Part shown: piece after piece, positions 12,880 to 24,592 of the stretch
Position numbering within the stretch: position 1 is the first letter of the stretch
How the letters are laid out: every line of letters starts with the position of its first letter
Source: Octopus bimaculoides
Taxonomy: Eukaryota
NCBI RefSeq assembly: GCF_001194135.2
Contig: NC_069005.1
Coordinates: forward strand, 2,358,277-2,422,276
Direction of reading: 5' to 3'
DNA: 64,000 bases
Made by a program: the position numbers and the translations under genes
The notes under the pieces: generated by a model
The model's database searches: none
The model's input: only the letters and a program-made list of their open reading frames with translations
Told to the model about the DNA's origin: nothing

Positions 12880-13167
12880 ATTTGCGTTTCTGTGTTTGTC
12901 CGCCCACCATCGCTGGACAACTGATGTTGGTGTGTTTACGTCCCCGTAAGATAGCGGTTCAGCAAAAGCAACCGATAGAATAAGTACTAGGCTTACAAAG
13001 AATAAGTCCTGAGGTCGATTTGCTCGACTAAAGGCGGTGCTCCGCCAAATCAACTCACAAGGCTTCGGTCGGTCCGATGCTATAGTAAAAGACACTTGTC
13101 CAGGGACTGAACCCGGAACCATGTGGTTGGTAAGCAAGCTACGTACCACACAGCTACTCCTGCGCCT
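12880..13167. mobile_element. SINE family A: 3' half on + (12880-13040) joined to a 5' half on - (13045-13167)
   Basis: Direct comparison with 5614-6027 and 7725-8122. Confidence 0.85.
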
Positions 13168-14225
13168 TTATATATATATAAAGAGATTTGTATGATTGGG
13201 TATGTGGGACTCTGCTTGTGTGCATAGTGAGTGTGCTTGCGTGCATGTGTGTGTGTGTGTGCAGACAAGCGCAAACTGCTTTAGAAAGTCAAATTCCACA
13301 TTTGCAGGATTTGAATTGAGCATTTAAGGAAGACTTTCTAGCATAATACTATCGAGGCATTCCTTTCTGCTGCTACTTTGCTGTTTCCTGCTTTTACTTT
13401 TTTCGTGTTTCTCTTTTCTTTGTGTATTTTCGTTTCTGATGGAGAACTAACGTCCGAAACGTTATTGGCCGCAGTCAAATAACTGAAACAAATAAAAAGA
13501 AAAAAATATTGTGCTAAAACACAACACAATTCAGAGGTTGGCGAATCGAAATTGTCTCCGATGTGATAAATGCATATTTCGCCCTTCTCGCGGCTTGTCA
13601 GCGTCACGTACGCGTGTCAATTCCGAAATTATATTAAATCAGACAGTCTGAATTATATAGACTTAGTGTATAAACTATTCACTGATTTACAATGGCGTAC
13701 CAAAATCAGGATAGAACTAGAGTCATAATAAGCTTTATGTTACGTACTTAAAACGTTTCGTTTCGAAGCATACTAATATATGTATGTTCATTAAACTGGT
13801 GCGGGTAAAAATAGGATAAATCATTCTCAGGAAACGCTTGATATGAGGTCAGAAATCTAGTCGAATAATTCCAAATAAGGACAAACCACCCATATAGGTG
13901 TGACGAACAGCTGTCTAAACACGATCAAGATATTCCATGATTCTAATTCTCTTCTGAAACATGGGTTGTCCAGATTCAAGTCCGAGTATATCCGAGTGTG
14001 ATTCGAATGTTGTCACACACTTTCTGAGCTGTGCTTCTGTACCTCTCAGCAATTAAACACATACTGTCGAACGCCCATCTGAATATACGTATCCGTACAC
14101 ATACGTACCGAAACTAATTTCTACAATATAAAGTTGTATTCAACAATTTTAATCTTCATACTACTTCATAAAGAAAACTCTCCCCCTTCTTTCTCTCCCA
14201 CCTCTGTATTATACGTATGTGTGTG

Positions 14226-14269
<44 letters not shown>

Positions 14270-14380
14270 TACACACGTATATAGATATAAGTACACACAC
14301 AAATATATACAGTTATATGTATATTATATATGCATACGCTTATATATGTATATATTATACATTTATATACATATATGTAC

Positions 14381-14413
<33 letters not shown>

Positions 14414-14924
14414 CATATATATATATGCACATATGTATATACATATATATATGCGTGCGCGCGTGTGTGTTTGTGTATATATTAACACACACACACACAC
14501 ACACACACACGCCTATTCACGCACACATCATGCCTACATACAAAGCCACCTTCTAGTTAGAAACACAGATTTGAGCAGACAAAAATAGCGCATCTACATG
14601 TTAAAGTGCTCTCTTTCTCTCTTTCCTCCCCCCTCTCTCTCTCTGTTATACATAGATAAAGTCCTTCACTTCAGTTATCTATCCATTCCTCTTTTTAAAA
14701 GCAGACCGCTCTACTACTACTACTACTACTTCTACTACAGACCATCTCGCTGTGAAGGTTTATTATTTCTCATGGGAATTTTTTAGTGTATTAAGATTGC
14801 AAATGGAGAAAAATATTTTAAATAAAATAAAAATTGTGAAAAAAGCACACACAAAAACATGTGTATATATATAGATATATATATACATATGCATACATAC
14901 ATACATACATACATACATACACAC

Positions 14925-15008
<84 letters not shown>

Positions 15009-15619
15009 TATATACACACACATTTATGTATGTATGTATTTATAACGTAAAATAAATTTAAAAAGCCGAAACTAAATCAAATGCAGGCTAACAAACAAAA
15101 GGCAGTTTAGTCCGAAAGATTAATATTGTCGAGAATGCAAATAGAAGAATAAGTAAATAAACAAACCTATATTTACTCGCCGAGATTGATTCTGAGTGAA
15201 AGAAACTGTCTGACATATAGACTGCGTAGATCGATTTTAGTTTTGGCACTGTGTTGTTAGAATTGAGGAAAAGTGAGCCATAAGTGTTAGCTCTTGATTC
15301 TGTAGAGGTCAAACGGCTAAAATGATATCGGTTGTGTACGACGGGGCCAGGGCATCATAAGGGTTAACTCTTTTCATGCCAAACCATCTGAGACTGCTAT
15401 TAGTTCTTTGATAGGAATTTTGTTTTAAAGTGATCTAATTTAAAATATTCCACGCAAATTTTTCATGTTAAATGATAGTGCAAACATTAGTTTACGCGCG
15501 CACGCGCGCACACACACACACACACACACATTAATAGAGCCCATTACTCCGGTATTCGAGTACTATTTTTCCCACTTTGTTTCACATTTATGTGCTTACC
15601 CTTGTCTATATATACGTAT

Positions 15620-15698
15620 ATTCGAACTCAAAACGTAGCGATGAGTAAAATACCGCTAAGCATTTTGTCCGACGTGCTAACGATTCTGCCAGCTTGCT
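15620..15698 (-). mobile_element. SINE family B head fragment
   Basis: ttcgaactcaaaacgt...accgctaagcattttgtccgacgtgctaacgattctgccagct is the reverse complement of the family B head. Confidence 0.8.
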
Positions 15699-16143
15699 TG
15701 GGATTTTATGATTCAGTGCGACCATGAGATAGACAGTAGGAAGCCAGACAGTCTTAATTGAGAAAAAAAAACAAAAAAAAACAAGCTATGCTGGATCATA
15801 GATATAGCATGCCAAGCTGACAACAAGGTATGCGATAAGGAAGAAAGAAAAGTTGATAGATATGACAGGTTAGCTTGGGAAGTTAAGCAGTTGTGGTCAA
15901 TGAAAAAGTAGCAGTAGTACCAATAATTGTCGGAACCCTGGGAACAGTGAGTAGCAATGCTGAGAAGAACGTGGAACATATAGGGGCTGCAATAAGGGTG
16001 GGGGACATGCAGAAAAGAGCTCTGTTTGGAACCGCTCGAATACTCCGGAAGGTGCTCGGAAAGTAAGAGGTATTACCTTAGTTCACTGGTTGGGAACAGC
16101 TGACACTGTAGTACATCTCCAGTGTTAGAAGCTGTGCAAAGGC
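15699..16143 (+). mobile_element. R4/Dong-like LINE 3' fragment with endonuclease domain and 3' UTR
   Basis: WDFMIQCDHEI..RKPD...CWIIDIACQADNKVCDKEERKVDRYDRLAWEVKQLW...VVPIIVGTLG...QKRALFGTARILRKVL*, then UTR ending gaagctgtgcaaaggc followed by (TAA)n. Confidence 0.88.
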
Positions 16144-16194
16144 AATAATAATAATAATAATAATGATAATAATAATGATAATAATACTAATGAT

Positions 16195-16415
16195 AATCAT
16201 GATCCTTTCTACTGGAAGCACAAGGTTTCAAATTTTGGAGGAAGGGGTTAAGACGATTACATCGACGTCAATACGTAACTGGTACTATTTTTATCGACCC
16301 CGAAAGGCTGAAAAGTAAAGTCGATCTCGGCGGAATTCGAACTCAAAACCTAATGGCAGACAAGATAATGCTAAGCATTTTACCCAGTGTGCTAAAGATT
16401 CTGCCAGCTCGACGT
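16195..16415 (-). mobile_element. SINE family B
   Basis: Reverse complement match including the tail gatcctttctactggaagcacaagg. Confidence 0.87.
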
Positions 16416-16849
16416 CTACTTAGTAATAATAATAATAGTAATAATAATAACGATAACAATAATAATAATAATAATGATGCCATTTATTTGCAATAATAAA
16501 AATAATAAAACCAACCGAATACACAAGAACTGTGTTGTGTAGCAGTAAGATATCGCATTATTTCCGTCGTAAATCACTTTCGAAGAAAAGTGCTGAAAAG
16601 AAGGACTTTGGTGCCACTGTTTAGTGGAGTCAATAAAAAGAGCCGACAGAAAGCTGTAAAGGCCATTGAAAGAACAAAGCAAATGTTCACGTCTGTGATG
16701 CTCTTGCAAGACCAACAGACACTCATTTAGATAAGAAATCACAAGGGGAAAGCGCGTTCTTTACTTTACTTGAGACCAAATTAAGATTTATGCTTATTTC
16801 GGTTTTTAATTCGTTCCAATCGTTAACAGAATACAATCAAGTTCTGAGA

Positions 16850-16878
16850 ATGTCCTATGCAGCAGCATCAGCAGCAGC

Positions 16879-16911
<33 letters not shown>

Positions 16912-17260
16912 TTTAGTAATAGTAGTAATAATATTAGTAGTAGTCGTTCCCATCATCATTATTGTCATCGTCATTGTCGCCGTCGTTATTGAGAACGACA
17001 ACGACGATGACCACCACCATCACTACCATTTCATCATCATCATCATCGTCGTCGTTGTCATCATCCTCATCATCACAATCGTCATCATTATCATCATCGT
17101 AATCATGATGATAATGATCATCATCCCCATCATTATCATCGTCGTCCTCGTTATCATCATCATCGCCATCGACGTCGTCGTCACTGTCGTCGACGTAGTT
17201 ATCCTCCTCCTCCTCATTCTCGTGATCATCCTCATCCTCATCATCATCGTCATTGCCGTG
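16850..17260. repeat. Compound (CAG)/(TTA)/(CAT)/(CGT) trinucleotide array
   Basis: Direct reading. Confidence 0.9.
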
Positions 17261-17664
17261 GTACCTTATCTAGTTGACTGTGACGTGGACACTGCGTAAT
17301 ATATCCTACGCATAGGCGCCATACGAGACTTACTGGTCAAGAAGTTCGCCTCGTAATCCACTCATTCAGGTTCGATCCTGTTGCACAATAACTGCACTGG
17401 TATCTATCACTCATCTTCTTTTGACCAAAGTACTCCTGGTGGAATATGGTAAAGAGTTCCATAACGTGTCTGACGAAAATAATTCGAGATTATTTAAAAC
17501 AATTGGAATAGAGCTACAGAAATATTGGAACCTTCAAATGGAGATCTGAATTACAGATTCCATTATTTTGGTCGCCTGTTCTATTCCTAGCGGCGCATTG
17601 TATCGTCGAGCAAGGCACGATATTTCACGTAGCTTAAGTCCTTACAGCTAGCAAAACGGGTAGC

Positions 17665-17860
17665 ACTTGTAGTTCAAACGGCCAGCCCTGTGTCATATTC
17701 CATATCACGTTGAATTTTTCTCAGAACTATGTTAAGGGTAGGTGTGTCTGTGGTACGCGTGTCTCTGGAGTGCTCAGCCACTCGCACGTTGATTTCATGA
17801 GCAGGCTGTTACGTTGATTGGATCAACTGGAACCCTCGTCGTCGTAAGCGACGGAGTGCC
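17665..17860 (+). mobile_element. SINE family C, 3' half
   Basis: Near-identical to 8840-9022 (gtgctcagccac...ggatcaactggaaccctcg...cggagtgcc). Confidence 0.88.
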
Positions 17861-18148
17861 GGTTTTGGTTTATAATTTATTTTGCGAAAAAAGAAATTCT
17901 TATTAGGCGGGAGATTGTCATATTATTTCAAGTTCATGATGACGAGATGAATGTTGTTTTTGAAGGCAAGGTTACGCAGCCATTCGTTGGTGGATTTTGA
18001 CTTATTGTATCGTTTCTTATCTATCTATCTATGTACTCATCTATCTATCCATGTAACCATCTATCTATCCATCTATCTATCTTTACTAATAATAATGATG
18101 ATGATAACCACAATAACAACTACAACAATAATAATAATGACGATGATT

Positions 18149-18185
<37 letters not shown>

Positions 18186-19140
18186 TAATAATAATGATAT
18201 TAGAAATGCCGTTGACGATTCTGTGAGTGAGGAAATTATCAATATCGTTAATGGCAACAATGAAGTTGAAAACCTTATTGCATCGATGATGGTAACAACG
18301 GAACAATAATTACTTAATGAAGTATTGAAACAGGTGGTTACGTTTGGCGGGGTACCTCACTTCAGATCGTATACGTTTACCTTGAAAGAAAGAAGATGGT
18401 GTTTATAATTACGTAGTCAGAAAGGGGTGGCGATAATTAAATAAAGATAATGAGTTTTCTAATGGAATAACAAATCAAATAACACTGTTTCGTGAACGCT
18501 TGATTGAATCTGACATTTCCACAGCAGAAACGGGATCATATTGAGGAAAGATGTTAGTTGTGAAGAGACACTATAAGAAACAAATAAAAAGAAGGAAGCG
18601 ATAAACACAGAGAAAATGAAGCTATGACCTCGAGTCAGCCATTTGACGTTCATCGATACTCTTGTTACGGCTTTCAGTTCGAGTGGACTTCGCAATGGCA
18701 ATCGATAGCATTCAATGTCATTTAATGTGTAAAATAGGTCTTGCTTTCCCCAACTGATCAATTTGCATATAGCGATAATTGTATTTCGATCTGTCAAGAG
18801 CTAAATACTCAGGGCCGAGGCAGATACAATAGCGATGTTGAAGAGATGCCGATATTGGTGCTGTGTACACAGCAGTTTTCCAGCGCTTTCTTTGCTGAAT
18901 TTTTGTTTTTGACAATGTATATGTATATATATTACCTGCACACTTAACCGAGATGAATTCACACACGCATAAACACACACACACACACACACTCAGACAC
19001 ACACACACACACTCAGACACACACACACACATATATATATAACGTATAAATTTACACATACATAAATATATATTTTATTTATATCTGTATATATGTATAT
19101 ATATTAACAGACATATATATATATATAAACATATATATGG

Positions 19141-19171
<31 letters not shown>

Positions 19172-19196
19172 CATACATATATACGTGTATATACAT

Positions 19197-19230
<34 letters not shown>

Positions 19231-19697
19231 CCTCTATATCACGGCATTTGCTATGGTGAAAGTGTTACAAGGGAGTTCCTGTATAACAGTGACAAAACAA
19301 ATACAACAATGTATTTTCCTTGCAAACCAACGATTTATAGGACTTAATCATCGATATAAATCTCTCACGGTCGATTTCAACGCACATAAACACTTTAGTT
19401 TTGTCACTCGAAAATCTTGTTTTTCTCGCAATTTCCGCTTTTTCTAACTCATTTTCGTTATTGTTGAAGGAAACAAAAATTCTAGTGGGAACATTTCTGG
19501 AAGAATGTCTTCATCCTTATGAAATGCAGCCTCTGGTTTTTCAAATGTATCCATACGTATTATAGGGTTGGTTCTAACTGCGGTTCGAATTTCAAATGAT
19601 GAACATTAGTTTCACAAATATCTTGCAGCTTGCACTTAACAATATCAATTTTATGCAGAAGTCGCCACAGGTCAATATTCCATTATACGTAAACGCG

Positions 19698-19742
<45 letters not shown>

Positions 19743-19747
<5 letters not shown>

Positions 19748-19900
19748 GTCGGTTGTCTATCTACTCCTCAGAGAGCTGACAACTGATGAAGGGTCCATTC
19801 TTTGTGTTTACTCGTCCTGTTTTCCATTTTCTCTCTCTCTCGTTGTTTACGTATCTCATGTTGTTTACACAGCTGGTGACGTCCTGTACCTATATATGCA
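19743..19900 (+). mobile_element. Short dispersed repeat, probably a Penelope-like terminal fragment (copy 1)
   Basis: Homologous to 41445-41625 (caactgatgaaggg...tttgtgtt(t)act(c/t)gtcctgtttt...ggtgacgtcctgta). The Penelope affinity is inference. Confidence 0.55.
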
Positions 19901-20676
19901 TGCATGCATGCATTATGTATGTATGTATGTATGTATAAGCATATGAGTATATATGGCTTTGGTCGTCGGCAGCCATAAATACAATGAATTCAAACGATTG
20001 AATAGGAAATGACAAAAGTACCAGACAAAATAAGCGACAAGTAACACTCCATCATTTGTATCCTCAAGGACAATCGCACTTTTGACGTCTGAGGTGTCAG
20101 TCAAAATTGTTAAACAGCAGATGCACAAAACCAATTCCAGCAATCATTGTTTATTCTCATAGTATTCCATTCATGTTGTTTTGCAGATGTCATAAATGAT
20201 TTTTGAAGCGTTTATCTCTATTGTTTCAGCTTAGAGTTACTCAAATTGCATATATTTTTAATTCGGGGTTTTTTAAATAATTGCTTTCGATTTTCTTTCT
20301 GGATGGAAATTCCTCAAACTCCAAACTTACGTGGGTTTTTATTCTTCATATGTCGTTTTTGAGCATAACATTGGTCTCTTATTCTTGTCCGATCCTCATG
20401 TATTTGTTATAATGTTGTTTGAGTATTTGTTGTATCTCTTGGAGTAAGTCTATTATGAATCCATTACAAAACGTGAATTATTTCTCCGGAGGGACATTCT
20501 GAGAGGCAAAACAAGTTCTCACGTTGCAAGAATATACGCAATAAATCATACTTATATACGTTCTTTGAAATTTCAATTCTCTTGCAATCCTTAAATTATT
20601 TTCCAATTGTTGGTTCCCTAGTATAATGATTAAGACACACACAAACACACATATGCATGCATGCATGCATGCATAT

Positions 20677-20710
<34 letters not shown>

Positions 20711-21033
20711 CATGCGAAACAAAGTAGGAAAAATACTCGAATATCAGGGGTAGAGTAATATGCTTTATCAAAAAGCAGCAAACATCACAGAAACTGTTAC
20801 TCAGAGTTTCACGTTCCCGTTCATTGGACAGTCTGTGTATCTCTGTAACTACAAGAAATTACAGGAGCCACTTTCTTGGACTCCCACTATCTACTAATTT
20901 GTGTATATGTATACAAAGACATATACACGCATATAGACGTGTTTTTATATATCTCGTATGTTTGTGCATATATAACGTACACGCACATACACAAAGCATT
21001 TATATAGGCGATTCTCTACAGTTTCTTTCTAAC

Positions 21034-21256
21034 GAATTCTGTACATTATTTACAGAGTGCGGATAGGTGTCTTCATCTTATTTGTTGTTATCACATCGTT
21101 TCGGCTGATGCACTATCCAACCCTCATCAGGTGTTCTGGGGGGAATTTCGAACCCAACCCTAATGGAAGCTGAAGAGTACCACAGCCGAAACGTTGTGAT
21201 AACAACAAACAAGGCGAAGACATCTATCCGTCCACTGTAAATAATGTACATAATTC
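21034..21256. mobile_element. Fold-back element with about 70-bp inverted arms and two hammerhead-like cores (probably Penelope-related)
   Basis: Arms 21040-21107 and 21183-21250 are reverse complements. The inner 48 bp have 5 mismatches, and the outer 16 bp tgtacattatttacag are perfect. Confidence 0.75.
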
Positions 21257-21589
21257 ATCTTCCCCCAAAATGAAGAATAGTATTAAATTCTGGTCTTCAG
21301 TTATTAATCGTCCTGTCTCAACTCTAAAACTATCTTTTATAGCGTCTGACGAAATCTAACCCAGAAACCTAGAAAAACCAGAAAAGCATTATTAGGAAGC
21401 GAACTCATTCGACATACATCCATCTATATAAATATATCATAATTATAATTTTGGGAAAATTTCATATTTTTGATAATTAGCTTTTTTTTTGAGTTTATTT
21501 ATCCTAGTCACATATCCTTCCTTTTTAGATTGTTAATAACCCTTATTGTAGGTTACCCATAGGAGATATTTCGTTTTGTTTCGTTGCTA

Positions 21590-21945
21590 ATAAATAACAT
21601 TATTTTTTCTATTATTGATTGAAAATAAACAATTCTCTTTTATTTATTAAAAATAATTTATTAAGTATTTTAGTTTGAAAATAAACCCATTTTGTGATAT
21701 TGATAAGTGATAATATAATTTATGATATCGATAGAAAATAACCTAGTTTAGTTTACTGATAAGGAATAACTCAGTTGGGCTTATTAAAAGGAAATAACTT
21801 ATTTCAGCTTATTGATTGCAATTAATCGATTTTGTTTTATTGGTAGGAAATAACCCAATTTGGCTAAATAATAGAAAATAACTTATTTTGGATTTCTGAT
21901 TGGAATTAATCAATTTTTGTATTATTGTTAGGAAATAACATATTT
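21590..21945. repeat. Degenerate 28-bp AT-rich minisatellite
   Basis: Unit starts (aggaaataac or tggaattaat variants) at 21733, about 21761, 21789, 21817, 21845, 21873, 21901 and 21930. Confidence 0.8.
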
Positions 21946-22159
21946 TATATTATCTCTAGGCAGTAACTGGTTGTATATTTTAGATTTAAAAGCTATTGCA
22001 GTATTTTTAAGTGGGCGTGGCAACTTCCATGTGGCTAATGGATGCAAATATGTATGTGTGTGGGAGGTGGCTGTAGAAAGTGATAGAAGCAGGGTTACGT
22101 TTTTTGTGCGGGGTAGTTTTTTCACCTATTTAAACAGTATCTTTAAAATGCTTTAAATA

Positions 22160-22340
22160 TGATACAGTAGAACCTCGCAGTAAACAAACTAACACCGGTT
22201 GTCAAGAGGTGGAAGGCAACATAAACACAAAACAAATACACACACACATACCTACAGCTACATATAAACGACAGGTTTCCACACAGTTTCTGTCTAGCAA
22301 ATTCACTCACAAGGTATTGTTGAAGACATTTGCTTTCCTC
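22160..22340 (-). mobile_element. Decayed SINE family A
   Basis: aacaccggttgtcaag...aaattcactcacaagg...gaagacattt matches the family A reverse complement. Confidence 0.7.
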
Positions 22341-23449
22341 TCCACAGGTTCGCTTCTCTTCTGCGATTTTCCATCTGTGTCTCTGCCTATCTGTCTCTCT
22401 CCCTCCTTCACTTCCTCTACTTTTAATCTCCAAGCGTACATTTACAAATGGTCATTATTACGATAACTAAACAACAGTAAATCTAAAGTCTTGGACTGTC
22501 TTTTCAACTTAACTTTCTTTCATAAATTATATTACATCATATTATTTCTATGTATACGTCTCCCTCTCACCATATCTTTATCTATCTATCTATCTATCTA
22601 TATGCATATTTTTATACATACATCTTTATATATCTGTCTACATACCACGCAAACACGCATATTTTTACTCATTCAATTTAATAAATAACCGCCAAATTGC
22701 CGTACACAAAAGCACACACAATATTTTCTACAAATAAATATGTTCACAGCATTTTTATCTATTTTCGCCACAATTTCGATATTTTCAAATATTTTTCCAG
22801 CCATATTTTATTTTTCCTATGGCAAAATTTTTCTTTACATCTTTAACGATATTATTATTGTTTTTTTTTTTACAAGTGTTAACTGAAAAATCGCAAAATA
22901 AATTCTCGGAGCCACCACGGATTAACAATTAAAATTCTTTCCTTATAGTTTCTTGGCAACAACTTGCTGATTAGTAATATTTCAAAGAGCAATTAAGATT
23001 TTCTTTTCCGCAGCAAAAAAGATGCTAATATAGTGGACGAGAATTCTGTGGAGACATTTGTAATATTGACGCTGAATGGTGAAACTGTCAACTTCAAGTT
23101 CATTTCGTTTATTTATGATTTCTAAGTGAAATATAGTTTATAGTTTTGTTGTTGTTGCTTGTCTGCTTGATTTGTTTGTTTTGCGGTTTGGTTTTGTTGT
23201 TGATGTTGTTGTTGTTGTTTTTGTACTTTGGAAGCTTTTAGTTAATTGAAGTTTCTTGAACGTCAGCTGTGGGAAATAGAAGTTACAACAACAGTAACGT
23301 GATGAACAATGACAGACAATAGTAATGATGATGATGATAATAGTAATAATCTTCATAATAATGTTAATAACAACAATAACAATACAAATAATAATGAAAG
23401 CAACAACAACCACAACAATAATAATAATAATAATAATAATAATGATAAT

Positions 23450-23560
23450 ATTTTCTTTATTGGCCACAAGGGCCGAACACAAACCAAATAGGGGCGAGAC
23501 GACACGTGGGTCAAGTGGGGTTATGCACAACATTTGTGTACAAAATAAATAACAAAACAA
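23450..23560 (-). mobile_element. L1/Tx1-like LINE 3' terminus
   Basis: Reverse complement ends ...gcccttgtggccaataaagaaaa followed by (TTA/TTG)n, matching the 3' end of the Tx1-like fragment at 33010. Confidence 0.55.
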
Positions 23561-23564
23561 CAAT

Positions 23565-23765
23565 AATCGCATCAAAATTTGGAACAATGCCAGCGATTTC
23601 GGGGAAGACGTAAATCGATTACAAAATGGTACAAAATTTATCGACCCCGAAAGAATAAAAGGCAAAGTCGACCTCGGCGGAATTTGAACCCAGAACGCGA
23701 AGACGGACGAAATACTGCTAAGCATCTCGCCCGGCGTGCTAACGCGTCTAGCAGCTAGCGGCCTT
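23565..23765 (-). mobile_element. SINE family B
   Basis: Reverse complement match to the family B body and head. Confidence 0.87.
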
Positions 23766-23794
23766 CGTAATATCTATCTGTCTATGTATGTATG

Positions 23795-24035
23795 GGTAAT
23801 CTTCAAGTTTAGGGGGGTAAAAAAAGTAAAAAATATTCAATGGAAATAACTGAACAACTTACCAGTATTATCCGTTTTCTTTTAGCTGTTTATAAATAAA
23901 TCACACCCTAACCCTAACGTCAATCAAATCACGTGTGTGATTTATTTATAAACAGATGTACGGAGAATACTGGTAAGACGTTCAGTTACTTGCCTTGAAT
24001 ATTTTTTTTTAATCCCCCTAAACTTGAAGATTACC
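23795..24035. mobile_element. Fold-back MITE (about 241 bp) with arms of about 110 bp
   Basis: Termini ggtaatcttcaagtttaggggg / ccccctaaacttgaagattacc. Arms continue with mismatches and indels to tcacac (23906) / gtgtga (23935); the 28-nt centre contains cctaaccctaac. Confidence 0.9.
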
Positions 24036-24442
24036 GTATGTATGTATGTTTCTGTGTCTGTCTATCTATCTATTTATACACATTCCTACATGCATAGGTT
24101 TATATATATAATTGGATTTATATACAGAATTTAGAAACTTCATAACTGAGCCGTGAAGAGCCAATTCATTTCTTCTATAGTAGTAGGTGCATTAGGTATG
24201 AGTAAAAAATATTCAGACGAATACACAACAAAAACACCAGGACTAACAAGTATATATAACATACAAAAAATAGCACTACTAGGCACTGCACACATCCTAC
24301 ATAAAACACTTTCAATACCGTAAAAATAAGAGCATCACAACAAACCACAACACATAGCCAAGGCACACAGATGCGCTCGGTAGTGAAGTGAAAGCACACG
24401 ATAAAAATAAGACTACTGAATAATGATAATAATAATAATAAT

Positions 24443-24583
24443 AAGTACTAAAGGCACAAGGCCTAAAATTTGAGGGAAGGTATTAAGTCGATCACATCGA
24501 CCCCAGTCTGTAACTGGTATTTATTTAATTGACTCCGAAAGGATGAAAGGCAAAGTCGACCTCGGCAGAATTTAAACTCAGAA
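24443..24583 (-). mobile_element. SINE family B, 5'-truncated
   Basis: Reverse complement of 24661-24766 plus tail. Confidence 0.9.
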
Positions 24584-24592
24584 GTATTGACT

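Noticed and set aside
18031-18960. Protein-looking frames after a poly-N tract (DIRNAVDDSVSEEII...; LLNEVLKQVVTFGG...)
   Set aside because: Interrupted by stops and frameshifts, no good acceptor, and several frames on both strands look equally plausible.
19220-19640. Open frames on both strands (ENELEKAEIARKTRF...; MDTFEKPEAAF...)
   Set aside because: No consistent splice signals or recognisable motif; cannot be distinguished from chance in AT-rich DNA.
20280-20480. Weak resemblance to the piggyBac QY.PNKP.K.G motif
   Set aside because: Too few identities to support a call.
21590-21945. Regularly spaced 28-bp units as a possible CRISPR array
   Set aside because: Units are contiguous and degenerate with no unique spacers. 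The context is eukaryotic and there are no cas genes.
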